NCBI GenBank assembly: GCA_008369845.1
Contig: MRSU01003238.1
Span: 1-38,885 of the forward strand
Direction: 5' to 3'
From: Trichomonas gallinae
Taxonomy: Eukaryota
Length of the DNA stretch: 38,885 nt
Positions within the stretch are counted from its first letter, which is position 1; every line of letters starts with the position of its first letter. Of the stretch, positions 1 through 11,127 are shown piece after piece. The translations under genes and the position numbers were made by a program. Below the pieces are notes generated by a model, which searched no databases, was not told the DNA's origin, and saw only the letters and a program-made list of their open reading frames with translations.

Positions 1-73
1 AGCCATGTGGCAAAATGGATACTGCGTCTCCCTTCTAAGGAGAAGATTGTGGGTTCGAGTCCCACCATGGCTG
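1..73 (+). tRNA. tRNA-Arg, anticodon UCU, intronless
   Basis: Cloverleaf: acceptor AGCCATG(1-7)/CATGGCT(66-72), anticodon stem TCTCC/GGAGA with loop CTTCTAA (anticodon TCT 34-36), T arm GTGGG-TTCGAGT-CCCAC, discriminator G73. Confidence 0.97.
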
Positions 74-74
74 C

Positions 75-80
75 TTTTTT
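75..80 (+). terminator. RNA polymerase III oligo-dT terminator
   Basis: T6 run starting 2 nt after the tRNA discriminator. Confidence 0.8.
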
Positions 81-498
81 AAATTTTTATTGTCATTTTT
101 TCAATAAGGTCAATATTTTGAACAACACTGTGGCAAGCCAAGCAGGCAATAAAACACTACTGTAAACTATGTCGTGTCATTATCCGCAATGAAACACGCT
201 CAAATAATGCAAAACAAATTTTTGGTCGGACGACAATATGCTATAATTCCCGATTTTGGATATTTAAAACACAATAACACCCAATATGTTTATTATATCC
301 AAAGTATTTAAGCCCAACAGCAAAAATTATTTTTGAAAATCGGATTTTTTTAAATTTTCGAAATTTGTTGCAAAATTCCTATATTATAGATATTCTATAT
401 TCTAAAAACACAAACAGAAAAAATAACATGAATAATCGAAACCCTGTCACATTTACGATTAATTCCCATTGAATATTTTGATAATGAAAATTTCAAAA

Positions 499-1299
499 AT
501 GAATTCTTCATATACATCTGCCCGGAAGAGCAGCTTCGATTCTATTCCTGTCATTGACCGACTCATCTGCAGCATTCTCGTCGACGAAGCGGAAAAAGAC
601 ATCAAGAGAGGATACACAAACAAAAACGATTGCAAATTCATTTCTTCTGTTGTGAGGAACTCAATTGATACGCCAGAGAAACTGGAAAAGATTGAAATAT
701 ACAATGAGAAATACGCTAAAGGTCCGGATCGCGGTTGTATTCCATCCTTCGAGAAAAACATGTCTGATACATCGATGACGACAAGTGTTAGTCACCCCAA
801 CTTCCATGATAACTCCTCTTTCTTCGAACGTGAAAAAGAATTGAATTTTGCTAAATCTATGACAGAAACTGAACTTCTGAAATCACCGAGGATGAAACAC
901 GATAAGTTAGATCCAACGATAATCAAACGAGCTGAAAGAGCATTGAAGAGAAGAGAAAAAAAGCAAAATGACGAAAAAGAAGAAGCTTACAATATTTACG
1001 CAAAGCCAAAGCCATCAAGGCTCGAATTATCCATCATTCAAGACTCAAAAAGCCGTTTGGAGACAATAACGAAAAATGAAGAATATTTAGAAAAGAAATC
1101 ACTCGAAGAATGCGGATATAAGCCAATAAATCCAGACATGAAACTCGTAATGCGCGCCAGAAATCGATTAGCAGAAAAAGAGAGAAAGAGAACTCAATCA
1201 ACGATCGTTACTGACAAGAATCCCTCCTTTGAATACAAATTCCGACCCTCTGAAGCTCCCAGTTACATTAGCTCGATTTGCTCTTGTATTAGCAAATAA
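499..1299 (+). CDS. Hypothetical basic/charged protein (about 266 aa), possibly cytoskeletal
   Basis: Long ORF. The probable ATG is 499, after TTCAAAA; the ORF-track start at 469 is not ATG. K/E/R-rich helices, DCKF/ECGYKP-type motifs, C-terminus CSCISK. Confidence 0.75.
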   Translation: MNSSYTSARKSSFDSIPVIDRLICSILVDEAEKDIKRGYTNKNDCKFISSVVRNSIDTPEKLEKIEIYNEKYAKGPDRGCIPSFEKNMSDTSMTTSVSHPNFHDNSSFFEREKELNFAKSMTETELLKSPRMKHDKLDPTIIKRAERALKRREKKQNDEKEEAYNIYAKPKPSRLELSIIQDSKSRLETITKNEEYLEKKSLEECGYKPINPDMKLVMRARNRLAEKERKRTQSTIVTDKNPSFEYKFRPSEAPSYISSICSCISK

Positions 1300-1519
1300 T
1301 TTTTCATATATTTAATCGATAACCAAAATTTACTTATTATTTTGTTCATATTCAGTTTAATAAAGCCATTTATTTTTTCCATAATTGTATTTTTTCTAAT
1401 AATTTTATCGAATTATATTTTTCAAGGTTTCAAGCCCAATCATTTAAAATTCGTTACATGCTAATGTTTACCAAAAGAAATATATAATCAAAACAATACA
1501 AACAAAACAAAATATAAAT

Positions 1520-2617
1520 TCACATTAAAAATGATTCACCGTTTGCCTTAACGACACGACAAGGTCCATTTGAGAACTGAATGTATTTATCTCCATTAGG
1601 CAAATGCTTTTCTTTTTGACCATTTGGAAATTCATAAAATATTGAGCCATCAGCCATATTAAGCTCAATCGTGTTCTTATCTTTATATTTATAACCCGTA
1701 GATCCATCAAGGAATTGTTGTGAAATGTCTCCATTTGCAAAATAAATATAAGTACAATTATTTTTGTTGATTTTAAGAGATCCATTTGTGAATAATATTC
1801 CACTTGATCCATCAGCAAATTGAACTGATTTCTTTCCATCCTTTCTAATCACTTCTTTCACAATTTTTGTTGGTTTTGGTTCAAAATTAAGCGGATAGTT
1901 ATCATGATTTAGTGAATATTCTGTTCTCTTTGGTGATGCATTAATAATTATACCACCTGAAGGTTCCGGAAGAGAATCAACGGAATCTGACCTTTCAAGT
2001 ATTGATACTTTTGATTTATTTGGTGTAGATCTACTTGGTGATGATCTAACTGGAGTAGATGGCTTAAATGTTTCGACAACTGGATGTGTTTCTTCAATAA
2101 TTTCATCAGAATCATCATTTATTATTTGTATTTGTTCTTTTTGCTGTACTGGTTTAGATTTCAACGATTCTATTGTTTTATTTTGTTCTTCAATGGTTTT
2201 TAGTAGCTTTTCTCGCTCTTCATCCCATTTTATTTTTTCATCGGAGTATTTCCTTTGTAAACTTACGTATTTTTCTTGTAAGTTGTGGTATTTATTCGAA
2301 AGCTTTCCAAATTGATCATCAATGTCGACACTCGAAAGAATTTTTTCACTTTCAAACATAACTTTTTCTTTTGCCAATTCTTCGCGTTGCATTTTAAGTA
2401 TTTTCTTTTCTCTAGCAATTTTCGATGCTGCTTTTTCAAGTAACCGAGTTTTTTGATCGATTGATTTTAATATATGCGAATATTCTTGCTTAAATTCCTC
2501 TGTATCTTCAAAACTTGAACTCTCTGACTCTGTTATTTCGTCTTTTTCGCTGGATGAAATTTCATTCGCAAGTTGTTTCTCTAAGCGAACAAACGAATCC
2601 AACTCATCATCAGACAT
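1520..2617 (-). CDS. SAS-4/CENP-J (CPAP)-like protein: coiled coil plus C-terminal Tcp10 (G-box) domain
   Basis: C-terminal beta-hairpin repeats FADGS, FTNGS, FANGD, FLDGS, FPNGQKE, LPNGDK and FSNG are typical of Tcp10_C. Central coiled coil. ATG 2617 lies downstream of an Inr-like TCATAT. Confidence 0.85.
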   Translation of the reverse strand: MSDDELDSFVRLEKQLANEISSSEKDEITESESSSFEDTEEFKQEYSHILKSIDQKTRLLEKAASKIAREKKILKMQREELAKEKVMFESEKILSSVDIDDQFGKLSNKYHNLQEKYVSLQRKYSDEKIKWDEEREKLLKTIEEQNKTIESLKSKPVQQKEQIQIINDDSDEIIEETHPVVETFKPSTPVRSSPSRSTPNKSKVSILERSDSVDSLPEPSGGIIINASPKRTEYSLNHDNYPLNFEPKPTKIVKEVIRKDGKKSVQFADGSSGILFTNGSLKINKNNCTYIYFANGDISQQFLDGSTGYKYKDKNTIELNMADGSIFYEFPNGQKEKHLPNGDKYIQFSNGPCRVVKANGESFLM

Positions 2618-3287
2618 CTGATATTTTTCCCTAATAATATGACTCATCATTGGCAATTATACGGCAAATCTATCAATATATTGTGCATTTGATAAATCTA
2701 TATCTTAAATATTGAAAAATCGAAATAAATATTTATTATCAAGCAACATTCACTTTATTAAAATACTACACTATTGGAGATATAATTAATTATCATTCTA
2801 AATTTCGACCTTTCCATTTAAAATTTAGAAAAATAATATAATGGATTGACACTAAATTAAAATAAGCTAATTATATATGTTTGTAAATATATAATATAAT
2901 TCGCTGTGTTGCAGGCCTTAATTCAGCAATAGAATGAGAAAGATAAATTATCGAATCATATATTAGTTAGATATTGAAATATAGCATGTTGTGTGAGCTG
3001 GTAATAACGGAAAACGAAAATAAATATGTCATTAATGCATCTGTAATTTTCATTCCAAATGACATTAGGAGATTGATCAATATCCACATCTAGCATCTCA
3101 TAAGGATCTCTATATCAAGGTCCTCTTAATGGAAAAAGTTTAATTTAAGATGGAGAAAAATGACTTAGTCGTAATTAGATAATATATGAGATTAATTTTA
3201 CTCATTAAAGCCGAGGTAGGACGATCTATTCTACCAAAAATATACAATCGACGTAAATTCGAGATAGAAATAATAAAATTATTTCTG

Positions 3288-3506
3288 TTATAATGCATAA
3301 ACTGATTCTTTGGGTTCCTCTTTATGATCTAGCTTCGTAGCAGGCCATGCGTAATTTTTGAAGACTGTCTTTTCATCAATTGATGATAAAATCGAGAACA
3401 ATGACATTTGCGGTCTATTGTTGTGTACCTTTATTGGTTGATCGCGCTTTAGTGTTTTGAAGCAGGTGTTCTCGGGAATTACTATTAGTTCGTCGTCGGA
3501 ATCCAT
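3288..3506 (-). CDS. Small hypothetical protein (72 aa)
   Basis: ATG preceded by Inr TCATTT and AAAATG context; GC higher than flanks. Confidence 0.65.
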   Translation of the reverse strand: MDSDDELIVIPENTCFKTLKRDQPIKVHNNRPQMSLFSILSSIDEKTVFKNYAWPATKLDHKEEPKESVYAL

Positions 3507-5514
3507 TTTATTGAAAAATGATCTTTGAATTGAATAGTGTTTGTGTTTAACGTAAAATAATATATAAGCTACATAATGTGGTTATTAATCTCATATAAAA
3601 TCTAATAAACAAATTTTCAATGGATTTTTCAATAAAATCGAAAAATGATTTCTTATATATTTACCAGTATGTATTTATTTATTTTTGTCAGAGAAAAAAA
3701 TTTTGCCATAAATCATTCGAAAAAAGCCAAAATATATTAATGATTTTGGTTATATGGGCCATTAGCTGCATAATTTTCCAATTTGATATGGCAAATATAA
3801 TTGAAAAAATAATGCTTGCAATGACATAAACTATAATAGATAGACTGTAATTGTATTTAAAATTTTCGATTAAAAAGTGGTTATTTTGGCTAATTTCCTC
3901 TCAAACCCGAATTAATTTTTAGTTTTAATTTTTTATTTAAATATATGCTGAGTGATGGTCTATATCGCCAATTTACACTGTTCTCCACTCTAATCTTTCA
4001 ATTCCGATATTTGGAAATGTAAATTGCGTTATTATTTAACAATTACTTCTTGTTAGCTGCTAATTCCTAGTATTTCACTTAATTTTGAATTTTTATGAAT
4101 TTCTCCATCATCGAATTTGTGATAAACCCATCAAAATACGCCAATATGATTGGTGTATAACTTTTTTAGGTATAAGGAAGCCTATAAAGCGAATAAAATT
4201 CAGGCTAAACAAAACTTCGGGACAACAAATGAAAGATTAGCGAAGAAACAACATTTGAACATTTTAAAATTTGTCTGCTTAGAATGTAACGTGGAACACA
4301 CTAAGATGATATAAGGAATTTAAGTTTGTTATTAAGACCAAACCGATCATATCATATATAAGGGATTTTGGAATGATAAATTATCTTTTCTATCTCCTAT
4401 ATATGTGTTTCCTCCAACACAAAATCATATTGATGCAAGATAATCACTCTCATAAAATTTTTTCCATGGCAAGGAAGGCAAAGAATGCAGGGATAAAGCA
4501 TAGACTGGTTTAAAAGCACTTATGTGAGGTTATTTGTGATATAAAATGACTGAGATTCCAAATCTTCGAAATTGTGTGTCATTTTAAACATTGCTGCTGA
4601 TATAAGTACATTTTGGTGTAAACTTCAAATAGTCAGAAAACTGCTGTTTATATGAAGGACAATTGGGAATCTTTTGATGAACTTTGAATATATTCGATTT
4701 ACTCTGAGATTAGAATGATCATAGGCATTTTTAGCTAGAATAAGCTAGTGAAACGATAAAATATGAGATAGAAAAATTTACTGAAATAAAGATATGACAT
4801 AGCCTTTTGTTTTAACCGGATGATACATTTGTTACATACATATTTCAATGAACACTAGTTATATCAAATATGTATAACGTCTAATTTGGAATTCGAGTCG
4901 GCAAAAATATAAATTAACCAAAAAATCGGTTACTATTAAACATAACATGAATATGTGTATACACTATGGCAATATAGTACATATCATTCACAGGAAATCT
5001 CTTAAATATTCAAAATATAAATCATATTTTGCATTTAATACACTATGAGCATGTGCTAAGACGAGAGGGACCTTATCTCTCATAAAAGATGACAATGAGA
5101 CCTTATAATATATATATAAAACTCTCTAATTTTGTAACTGAATAAGATTTTGTCGACAAATATATGTGTTAGAATTACATTTGAGTATAACTCGACAATA
5201 CAGTACATATGAATTGATTTATCGGGTTTTAATTTTAAATTTCACCGATATATCAAAGCTGAAATATTTTTCAAGTGTTGTATTATATATACACATGCAG
5301 TTATATTATATAGAGATATTTTAACTGATTTGGACTGTGTTTTCTATTAGAAATATAAGAATCAAAGAATTCTTGTTGAAAATAGCTGAATATTATGTAT
5401 TTTTCAAAAATTTGTTGATAAAATTAGATTATTTCTGTCCAATGTAATGAATATAAAGAGAAAATATCGACATTTAAAATATTGGGTCCAACATTTTTAT
5501 TAAGGGGAAGTCAA

Positions 5515-6723
5515 ATGAAACCAACATCTTTTGCTTTTTATTCACGTCAAGCGATGCAAACAATATCGCATGAGATGAAGAATGATTTTTCAATTATTGT
5601 TGGTGACAAAACTTACCCTGTTAGATCATTCGTAGCTGCGAATTTTTCAAAATTAATATTCCAATTAACGCTAGAAGACATATCATTATCGAAATTGGTC
5701 TTAAAAACAAAAGGAGATTTTACTGTTACTCATGAATATTTATCAGGAAAGACCGTTCAAATTACACCAGAAAATTATCAGTCTACTTTCTTATTTGCTT
5801 GCGAATTAAACATTGCATCACTTGCAAATCTTACATATGAGACGATGTTTGCACATACGTCTCCAGATACTTTATTAAATAATTTAATCATTTGCTTTGA
5901 TTCAAAAATGGACTGTGAATATCTAGTAAATGCTATTGCAGAGAAGTTCTTAGAAGTATCTAAATTTTTAGACACTGTTCCATGTTATATTTTACAATTA
6001 ATTTTACAAAACGCTTTAGTAACAGAACATGAAGAAGAAATTACTAATTTGCTGCTAAATTATTCATGTCCTTATCATAACAAGAAATGTCCGAGAGTTT
6101 GGCAATATTTGCCGCCAATTAACTTTGCAAAACCAGAATTCGCAAGTTTAATAACAGATCACAATCTAAATTTCAACTATATACGATCTATATTACTTAG
6201 AAATCGAAAACCATTGATTAAAAAACAAAAAGTGCCTGCAAACTTTGTTTTCTCGCCTTCAAGTGGGTGGATTCAAAGTGGAATTATCCAAGCAGGCTAC
6301 AAGCCAATAATTACATCAGATGAGCCATTTTCAGACCTTTATACCCCATCAAATTTAATTACGAGAGATGATTTTTATTTCTGCAGCAAAACAGGTCCAC
6401 TATCAAGTATATACTTCAATTTCGCGCCGTACAAGATTGGATTGACTGCATATACCTTAAGGTCTTGGAGAATCGGCGCGAACGGCGTCGCTCCAAAGAC
6501 GTGGTCTGTGTCTGTCCAAGTAGATGGTGTATGGGTTGAAGTTGATAAACAAACTAATAATACAGATTTGGTTGCAAATTCTAAGGCAGCGGTTTACGAG
6601 ATAAAGAGCATAGTACCTGCATCATCATTTATACGATTCACGCAGATTGAATCAAATAATTCGTACAATCAAAGACTTGCTTTGTCTTTTATCGAATTCT
6701 TCGGAAGTGTTGTTCAAAAATAA
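5515..6723 (+). CDS. BTB-like N-terminus plus C-terminal F5/8 type C (discoidin-like) domain protein
   Basis: NDFSIIVGDKTYPVRSFVAANFSKLI (BTB-like) and IGLTAYTLRS...PKTWSV...WVEVD...FIRFTQ...LSFIEFFG (F5/8C-like). First ATG at 5515; stop in TAAA. Confidence 0.85.
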   Translation: MKPTSFAFYSRQAMQTISHEMKNDFSIIVGDKTYPVRSFVAANFSKLIFQLTLEDISLSKLVLKTKGDFTVTHEYLSGKTVQITPENYQSTFLFACELNIASLANLTYETMFAHTSPDTLLNNLIICFDSKMDCEYLVNAIAEKFLEVSKFLDTVPCYILQLILQNALVTEHEEEITNLLLNYSCPYHNKKCPRVWQYLPPINFAKPEFASLITDHNLNFNYIRSILLRNRKPLIKKQKVPANFVFSPSSGWIQSGIIQAGYKPIITSDEPFSDLYTPSNLITRDDFYFCSKTGPLSSIYFNFAPYKIGLTAYTLRSWRIGANGVAPKTWSVSVQVDGVWVEVDKQTNNTDLVANSKAAVYEIKSIVPASSFIRFTQIESNNSYNQRLALSFIEFFGSVVQK

Positions 6724-7154
6724 AACCTTTAACATGTTGTTGTTATTCATCATAAAAGTCTATTATTTGTTGAATTTTCTTTATTATGATTGAAGAAAAC
6801 ATAAAATAGAAATAATTGTCTTTATATTATTAATCAGATTTATAATACTTCATTTATGTTTTCATTCATTTTTATGTTCATTCATCACTGAACACATCTC
6901 ATAAAAACAAAATATGAATCTAAATCAAAACAGATCAATATCAAAAAGATGTGTTATAGCTATAATAAGTTAATATATGTATATTTATTCTATTATTCTT
7001 CAAAATAATACAGATTAAATACTGATAAAGGTACAAATTAAAGGAAATATTTTTAAAATTTGAGTTATAATGTAAAAATATGCTCTCATTTTTGGAGATT
7101 TAAATTATACTATTGTTTAGTGACTCATTATGATAATATCTATGTTAATATTAT

Positions 7155-7168
7155 ATTTGACGTGTAAA
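7155..7168 (+). promoter_or_regulatory. Candidate upstream element ATTTGACGTGTAAA
   Basis: Copy of a motif that recurs in several upstream regions; ends 57 bp before ATG 7225. Confidence 0.45.
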
Positions 7169-7224
7169 ATATTATATTTGGCAGAAAAATCGAGGAAGTT
7201 CCATTTTTTAGTTTTTTTTATTGT

Positions 7225-7554
7225 ATGGATAAGAAAGAATCAAGCTATAAACCACATATTGAGAGAACGGCTGATCTACGCGAGACATTTACTGCTATGC
7301 TCAGAGAGCGTCGTTTAGCAGAAAACGCTCAAATTAACCATTCTAATCAGATCGATCGCCAAGTTGAATTGATGCAGCAAGAAGAAGAATACACTGCGCA
7401 AATGGAAGCACTTCAAGCTTACGAAGAGCATCAAGAGCTCGAAGAAGAATATTATGCAAATATGATAGCTTACCAAGAATATTTGGACTCATTAACTCCT
7501 GAAGAACGTGCACAGCTAGCAAATCAGACAAATTTCCTTTCAGATTCTGATTAA
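7225..7554 (+). CDS. Hypothetical acidic helical protein (109 aa)
   Basis: ATG-initiated ORF with coding-like composition, E/Q/Y-rich helix, stop in TAAA. Confidence 0.8.
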   Translation: MDKKESSYKPHIERTADLRETFTAMLRERRLAENAQINHSNQIDRQVELMQQEEEYTAQMEALQAYEEHQELEEEYYANMIAYQEYLDSLTPEERAQLANQTNFLSDSD

Positions 7555-7796
7555 AAAAATTTACCAAGAGCGTTTTATCAAAATATCTAGACCATTACTT
7601 CTTAGTCATCAAATAATTCATTGTTGAATGCATATTTCTGTTTGTTCATATTGGAATAAAAATTTTTCAAAATATTTCATTAAACAATTGACATTAGTTA
7701 ATTGCTAAGTCGTTGTATTATACTTTGACCTTATCAAATTCGCATAAAATTTTATAATATTTAAATACAAGAAATATTCCAAAAAATAACAACAAT

Positions 7797-8840
7797 TTAT
7801 AAAGAATTCTTACTAGAATTCTTTTTGCGCCTCTTTCTTTCAATTGAACACAATGTTAAATTGTTTGTTGAAATTAAATAACCATTATAAGAAGATGATC
7901 TTGGAAGTTGAATCATTGATCCTCTTCTATCCTCAGAATCAGTATCCAGATGCCAAGTAACCGCATTTCTTATTAAATGAATAGATTCGTTGATTAATCC
8001 GTAATATCTGAATGTTTGAGGGCATGGATCTATTAAACTATAATCAATTAAGTCTTCAAAGTCTTCAGCACGCTTCGAATAAGGAATAAATCGTGCGTCA
8101 GCAATAATTTTTGGATTAATATTGAAAGTAGACTGAATAAATGGACCAGTAGCTGCTTCAATGTTACCATTTGATGATTTCACAAGATCACTGAATGTTT
8201 CGAACTTATCCAACCATTCGAATACAATTCTTCGAGACATAAACAATCCAGCCTTCCAATCAAGTCCAGATGTTTTTCCTACTGTTTTTATTGATGATTT
8301 CAATAACCTTGTGCGTGAATAACCTTTTGGAAGATTTTCTAAATATGTGTTCAAAGCGTAAGGATTGACATAAGTCTTTGGATCCACTTTAAGAACCCAT
8401 TTAAAGTTTGGAAATGTTGTTAAAATTCCACGTAATCCTTTTTCGAATCTGCAAAGATTAAATTTTCCTTCTGTACAATTTGTTTTCAAAAACAAAGGAC
8501 CGATTGGATACCAACCCAAGTCACTTGATGTAACAATATAAACTTCAGTACGATTTGTGACATTTCTCACATCGTGAATCCATGCTTTCCAATCTACTCT
8601 TAGGTCAGCAACTGAATTATCAGGTGTATCAATTAATATGACACCATCGACTTTATCTGGAGGTGCACCAGTTCTGTATTTCGCTGTTTCGCGCTTTTCT
8701 AATTCATCAAATTTAGCGTCCATAGCTACTGAGCCATAAATCATTGTTCCTATAAGTACAATGATGTAAACTATTGTTTGCACTTCTTCAATTTTAATTA
8801 AAGCCTCACCTCGTCGCGGAAAGCGAAGCTTTAAATTCAT
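7797..8840 (-). CDS. Type II membrane protein, GT31/Fringe-like glycosyltransferase fold, with atypical metal-binding motif
   Basis: Signal anchor IVYIIVLIGTMIYGSVAM. FKWVLKVDPKTYVNPYALNTYL resembles GT31 W-x-LK-x-DDDTYV. AGLFMSR resembles GAG-x-x-LSR; late WH. ATG 8840 follows TCATT. Confidence 0.65.
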   Translation of the reverse strand: MNLKLRFPRRGEALIKIEEVQTIVYIIVLIGTMIYGSVAMDAKFDELEKRETAKYRTGAPPDKVDGVILIDTPDNSVADLRVDWKAWIHDVRNVTNRTEVYIVTSSDLGWYPIGPLFLKTNCTEGKFNLCRFEKGLRGILTTFPNFKWVLKVDPKTYVNPYALNTYLENLPKGYSRTRLLKSSIKTVGKTSGLDWKAGLFMSRRIVFEWLDKFETFSDLVKSSNGNIEAATGPFIQSTFNINPKIIADARFIPYSKRAEDFEDLIDYSLIDPCPQTFRYYGLINESIHLIRNAVTWHLDTDSEDRRGSMIQLPRSSSYNGYLISTNNLTLCSIERKRRKKNSSKNSL

Positions 8841-8856
8841 AATGACAAATTTCAAA

Positions 8857-9272
8857 TTTACATGGCAAAAATCACATTTTCATTTTTTTCGATTTTTATA
8901 TGGTAACATATATTAAATCAATAAAACAATTGAATATTATTGTATATTATAGATAAAAGGATACATTTAATTAGTTAAAATATATTGTTTCTTAACTATT
9001 TATGGAGATTTTAATGATTTGAATTATTTTTACATGACAGATTTCTGTTTTGCATGATTTACTTGCCAAAAATTTATATTTCTTATTTAGTGATTTTCTC
9101 TATAAATATTTATTTTATCAAAGAAATAAACTGATGATTTTGTCTAGTATTGATATATGAATAAATAGATTTGATTAAAATATATTATTTGTTAATTGTT
9201 TATGGAGATTTGATAATGGTTGAATTATTATTACATGACAGATTTCTGTTTTCTTGATTTTACGTGTCAGAT
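8857..9272. repeat. Degenerate tandem duplication, about 200 bp unit, filling a divergent promoter
   Basis: TTAAAATATATT..TTTATGGAGATTT..TGAATTATT..TTACATGACAGATTTCTGTTTT at about 8975-9070 recurs at about 9175-9270 (offset 200-201 bp). Confidence 0.85.
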
Positions 9273-9278
9273 AATCGA

Positions 9279-10025
9279 ATGCCTCCAGCTAAATATTATA
9301 TAAGATCTTTTCTCAAACAAGGAAAGGTCAAAATATTTATAACAACAACGTTGATGCTTGTCGCAGGATTGTCATTCATCTTCTCTAAATTCGTTGTTCC
9401 TCATTATAATATTTTATCACAAACAAATCCGATAAAAGAAATTACTGTTATAGTAAATTCAGCTCAATATTCGCCAACCACGACAGCCATAATGAAATCA
9501 GGCTTCAAAAAAGTTAATCTTATAACAACGGAGAAAGTTACGGAGACAAGTTTATTATATAATACAATAAGATCGATGTCTGGTCCTATTTCTAATCTTG
9601 TTGATGTGATTAACACAACATATATATTATTTGGTCATAATTTATCGTTTTATGTTCCTCCTTCATATCCCAAATTGCCTAATAAACCACAGTTAATCGG
9701 ATATTCGTTTGATACATGCAATAGAGGTAAATATACAGTAAATCTTCCAAATATGCTTGGTGGCAGTATTATTACTAAAGATTCATTCGTTAGATTCATA
9801 GAATTTTATAAAGACACGTTACACAGTAGGTACGACTATGATCAAGCTTTCCAAATTTTCACTGATTTGCATACGCTCAGATTATTGAAACTTCCATGTG
9901 GAAAAGCAGTACCCCTGCCTAAGTGGGAGCTTATAGAACCAGTTGATGAGCCTAGAGGCCAAATCGAACCATGGGGAGAAATGGAACTCATCCCTGAGGT
10001 CTGGCTCATCAAAAATCTTATATAG
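9279..10025 (+). CDS. Hypothetical type II membrane protein, possibly Golgi glycosyltransferase-like
   Basis: First ATG 9279. Basic N-tail, hydrophobic IFITTTLMLVAGLSFIFSKFVV, then a probable lumenal domain. Confidence 0.75.
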   Translation: MPPAKYYIRSFLKQGKVKIFITTTLMLVAGLSFIFSKFVVPHYNILSQTNPIKEITVIVNSAQYSPTTTAIMKSGFKKVNLITTEKVTETSLLYNTIRSMSGPISNLVDVINTTYILFGHNLSFYVPPSYPKLPNKPQLIGYSFDTCNRGKYTVNLPNMLGGSIITKDSFVRFIEFYKDTLHSRYDYDQAFQIFTDLHTLRLLKLPCGKAVPLPKWELIEPVDEPRGQIEPWGEMELIPEVWLIKNLI

Positions 10026-10548
10026 TTAGCTCTATATTATTTATATAGTGTTGTTGTTTATAAATATCAATTTATTTAGGGTCATACTAAATTCATCAGG
10101 GGGTAGTGAATTACGAACATTTTAAATTGAATATAATACACTACTTTTAAAGAGTAACGATGTTAAATATAGATTTCGTGAGTGTTTCTGGGCATCTCAT
10201 CCCGGAAACGAGGTTAGTTTATTCATAAAATTATGACATCGAACAATTATTTTGATTTTATTCATATCCGCTTATGCAAATAGCTATTTTATGTCAAACT
10301 TATATAAATCTAAACTGTTTTTATATATAAAACGGCAGTGATATTATAATAATTAATGATCAATGATAATAAGGCTATCTACTCGCAAAAGAGATAATAT
10401 AGGAGGTGGGTATGATGATTTGATGCTGATTTGTTTGAAGAAAAAAGTTTGTAATTTTTGTAATGATAGAAATATACTAGTTTTTATTTAATTAATATCA
10501 TAGAACGACAGGATTTGTTTATAAATTCATATATACATTAAAAACAGC

Positions 10549-11091
10549 TTAGTAAAAGTTAAATCCATCATCGAAAGAGAAACCATATGTGTCAGCGAAT
10601 GCAAAGTCGAATGGACTTTCTTCTTCTGTTTGCTTTGGAGACATGCTTTCGGGGGATGAGACTTGGTTATGAATTTGGCTCTCCTGCTGAAGTTTGCCTT
10701 CAGGACTTGCACTAGGCTGGAGAGCACGCTGCAGCTTTGCAGATCTGCGCTGTAAGAGTCTATACCGGTTCTTTAATGAGACCTCCGGGCGACCCTTGAA
10801 TGATGTAGCGATGAATTTCCATTTCTGGCCGAATTGAGCAACCATATCGATAAGTAACTGATCCTCCTGCTCTGTCCATTCCGACTTGTTCAGACCAGGC
10901 TGGAGATACGCATGATATCGATCTTTGCATTGCCTCGCCGTCCTACTACCTAACGCGAACGAAATAAGATCCCAATTCAAATTTTCGCCAGCAGCATTGA
11001 CAAGCGCCAATATTTGTCTGTCTTCCTCATCAGAGAACTTAACTTTACGGCATTTAGGCTTATAGTCGTGCTGAATTGCAACAGGAGTCAT
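10549..11091 (-). CDS. R2R3 Myb transcription factor
   Basis: KFSDEEDRQI...NWDLIS...RTARQCKDRYHAYLQP...WTEQEDQLL...FGQKWKFIA...GRPEVSLKNRY; acidic/aromatic C-tail. Confidence 0.95.
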   Translation of the reverse strand: MTPVAIQHDYKPKCRKVKFSDEEDRQILALVNAAGENLNWDLISFALGSRTARQCKDRYHAYLQPGLNKSEWTEQEDQLLIDMVAQFGQKWKFIATSFKGRPEVSLKNRYRLLQRRSAKLQRALQPSASPEGKLQQESQIHNQVSSPESMSPKQTEEESPFDFAFADTYGFSFDDGFNFY

Positions 11092-11127
11092 TTAAAATAT
11101 TGCTCTAAAAAAAAATTGAACTAAAAT

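Noticed and set aside
3850..5480. Long intergenic gap, possible decayed gene or transposon
   Set aside because: The frames I inspected were stop-ridden with no recognisable motif, and I saw no terminal repeats.
10411..10428. Box C (ATGATGA) and box D (CTGA) of a snoRNA
   Set aside because: The boxes are only a few nucleotides apart, leaving no room for a guide.
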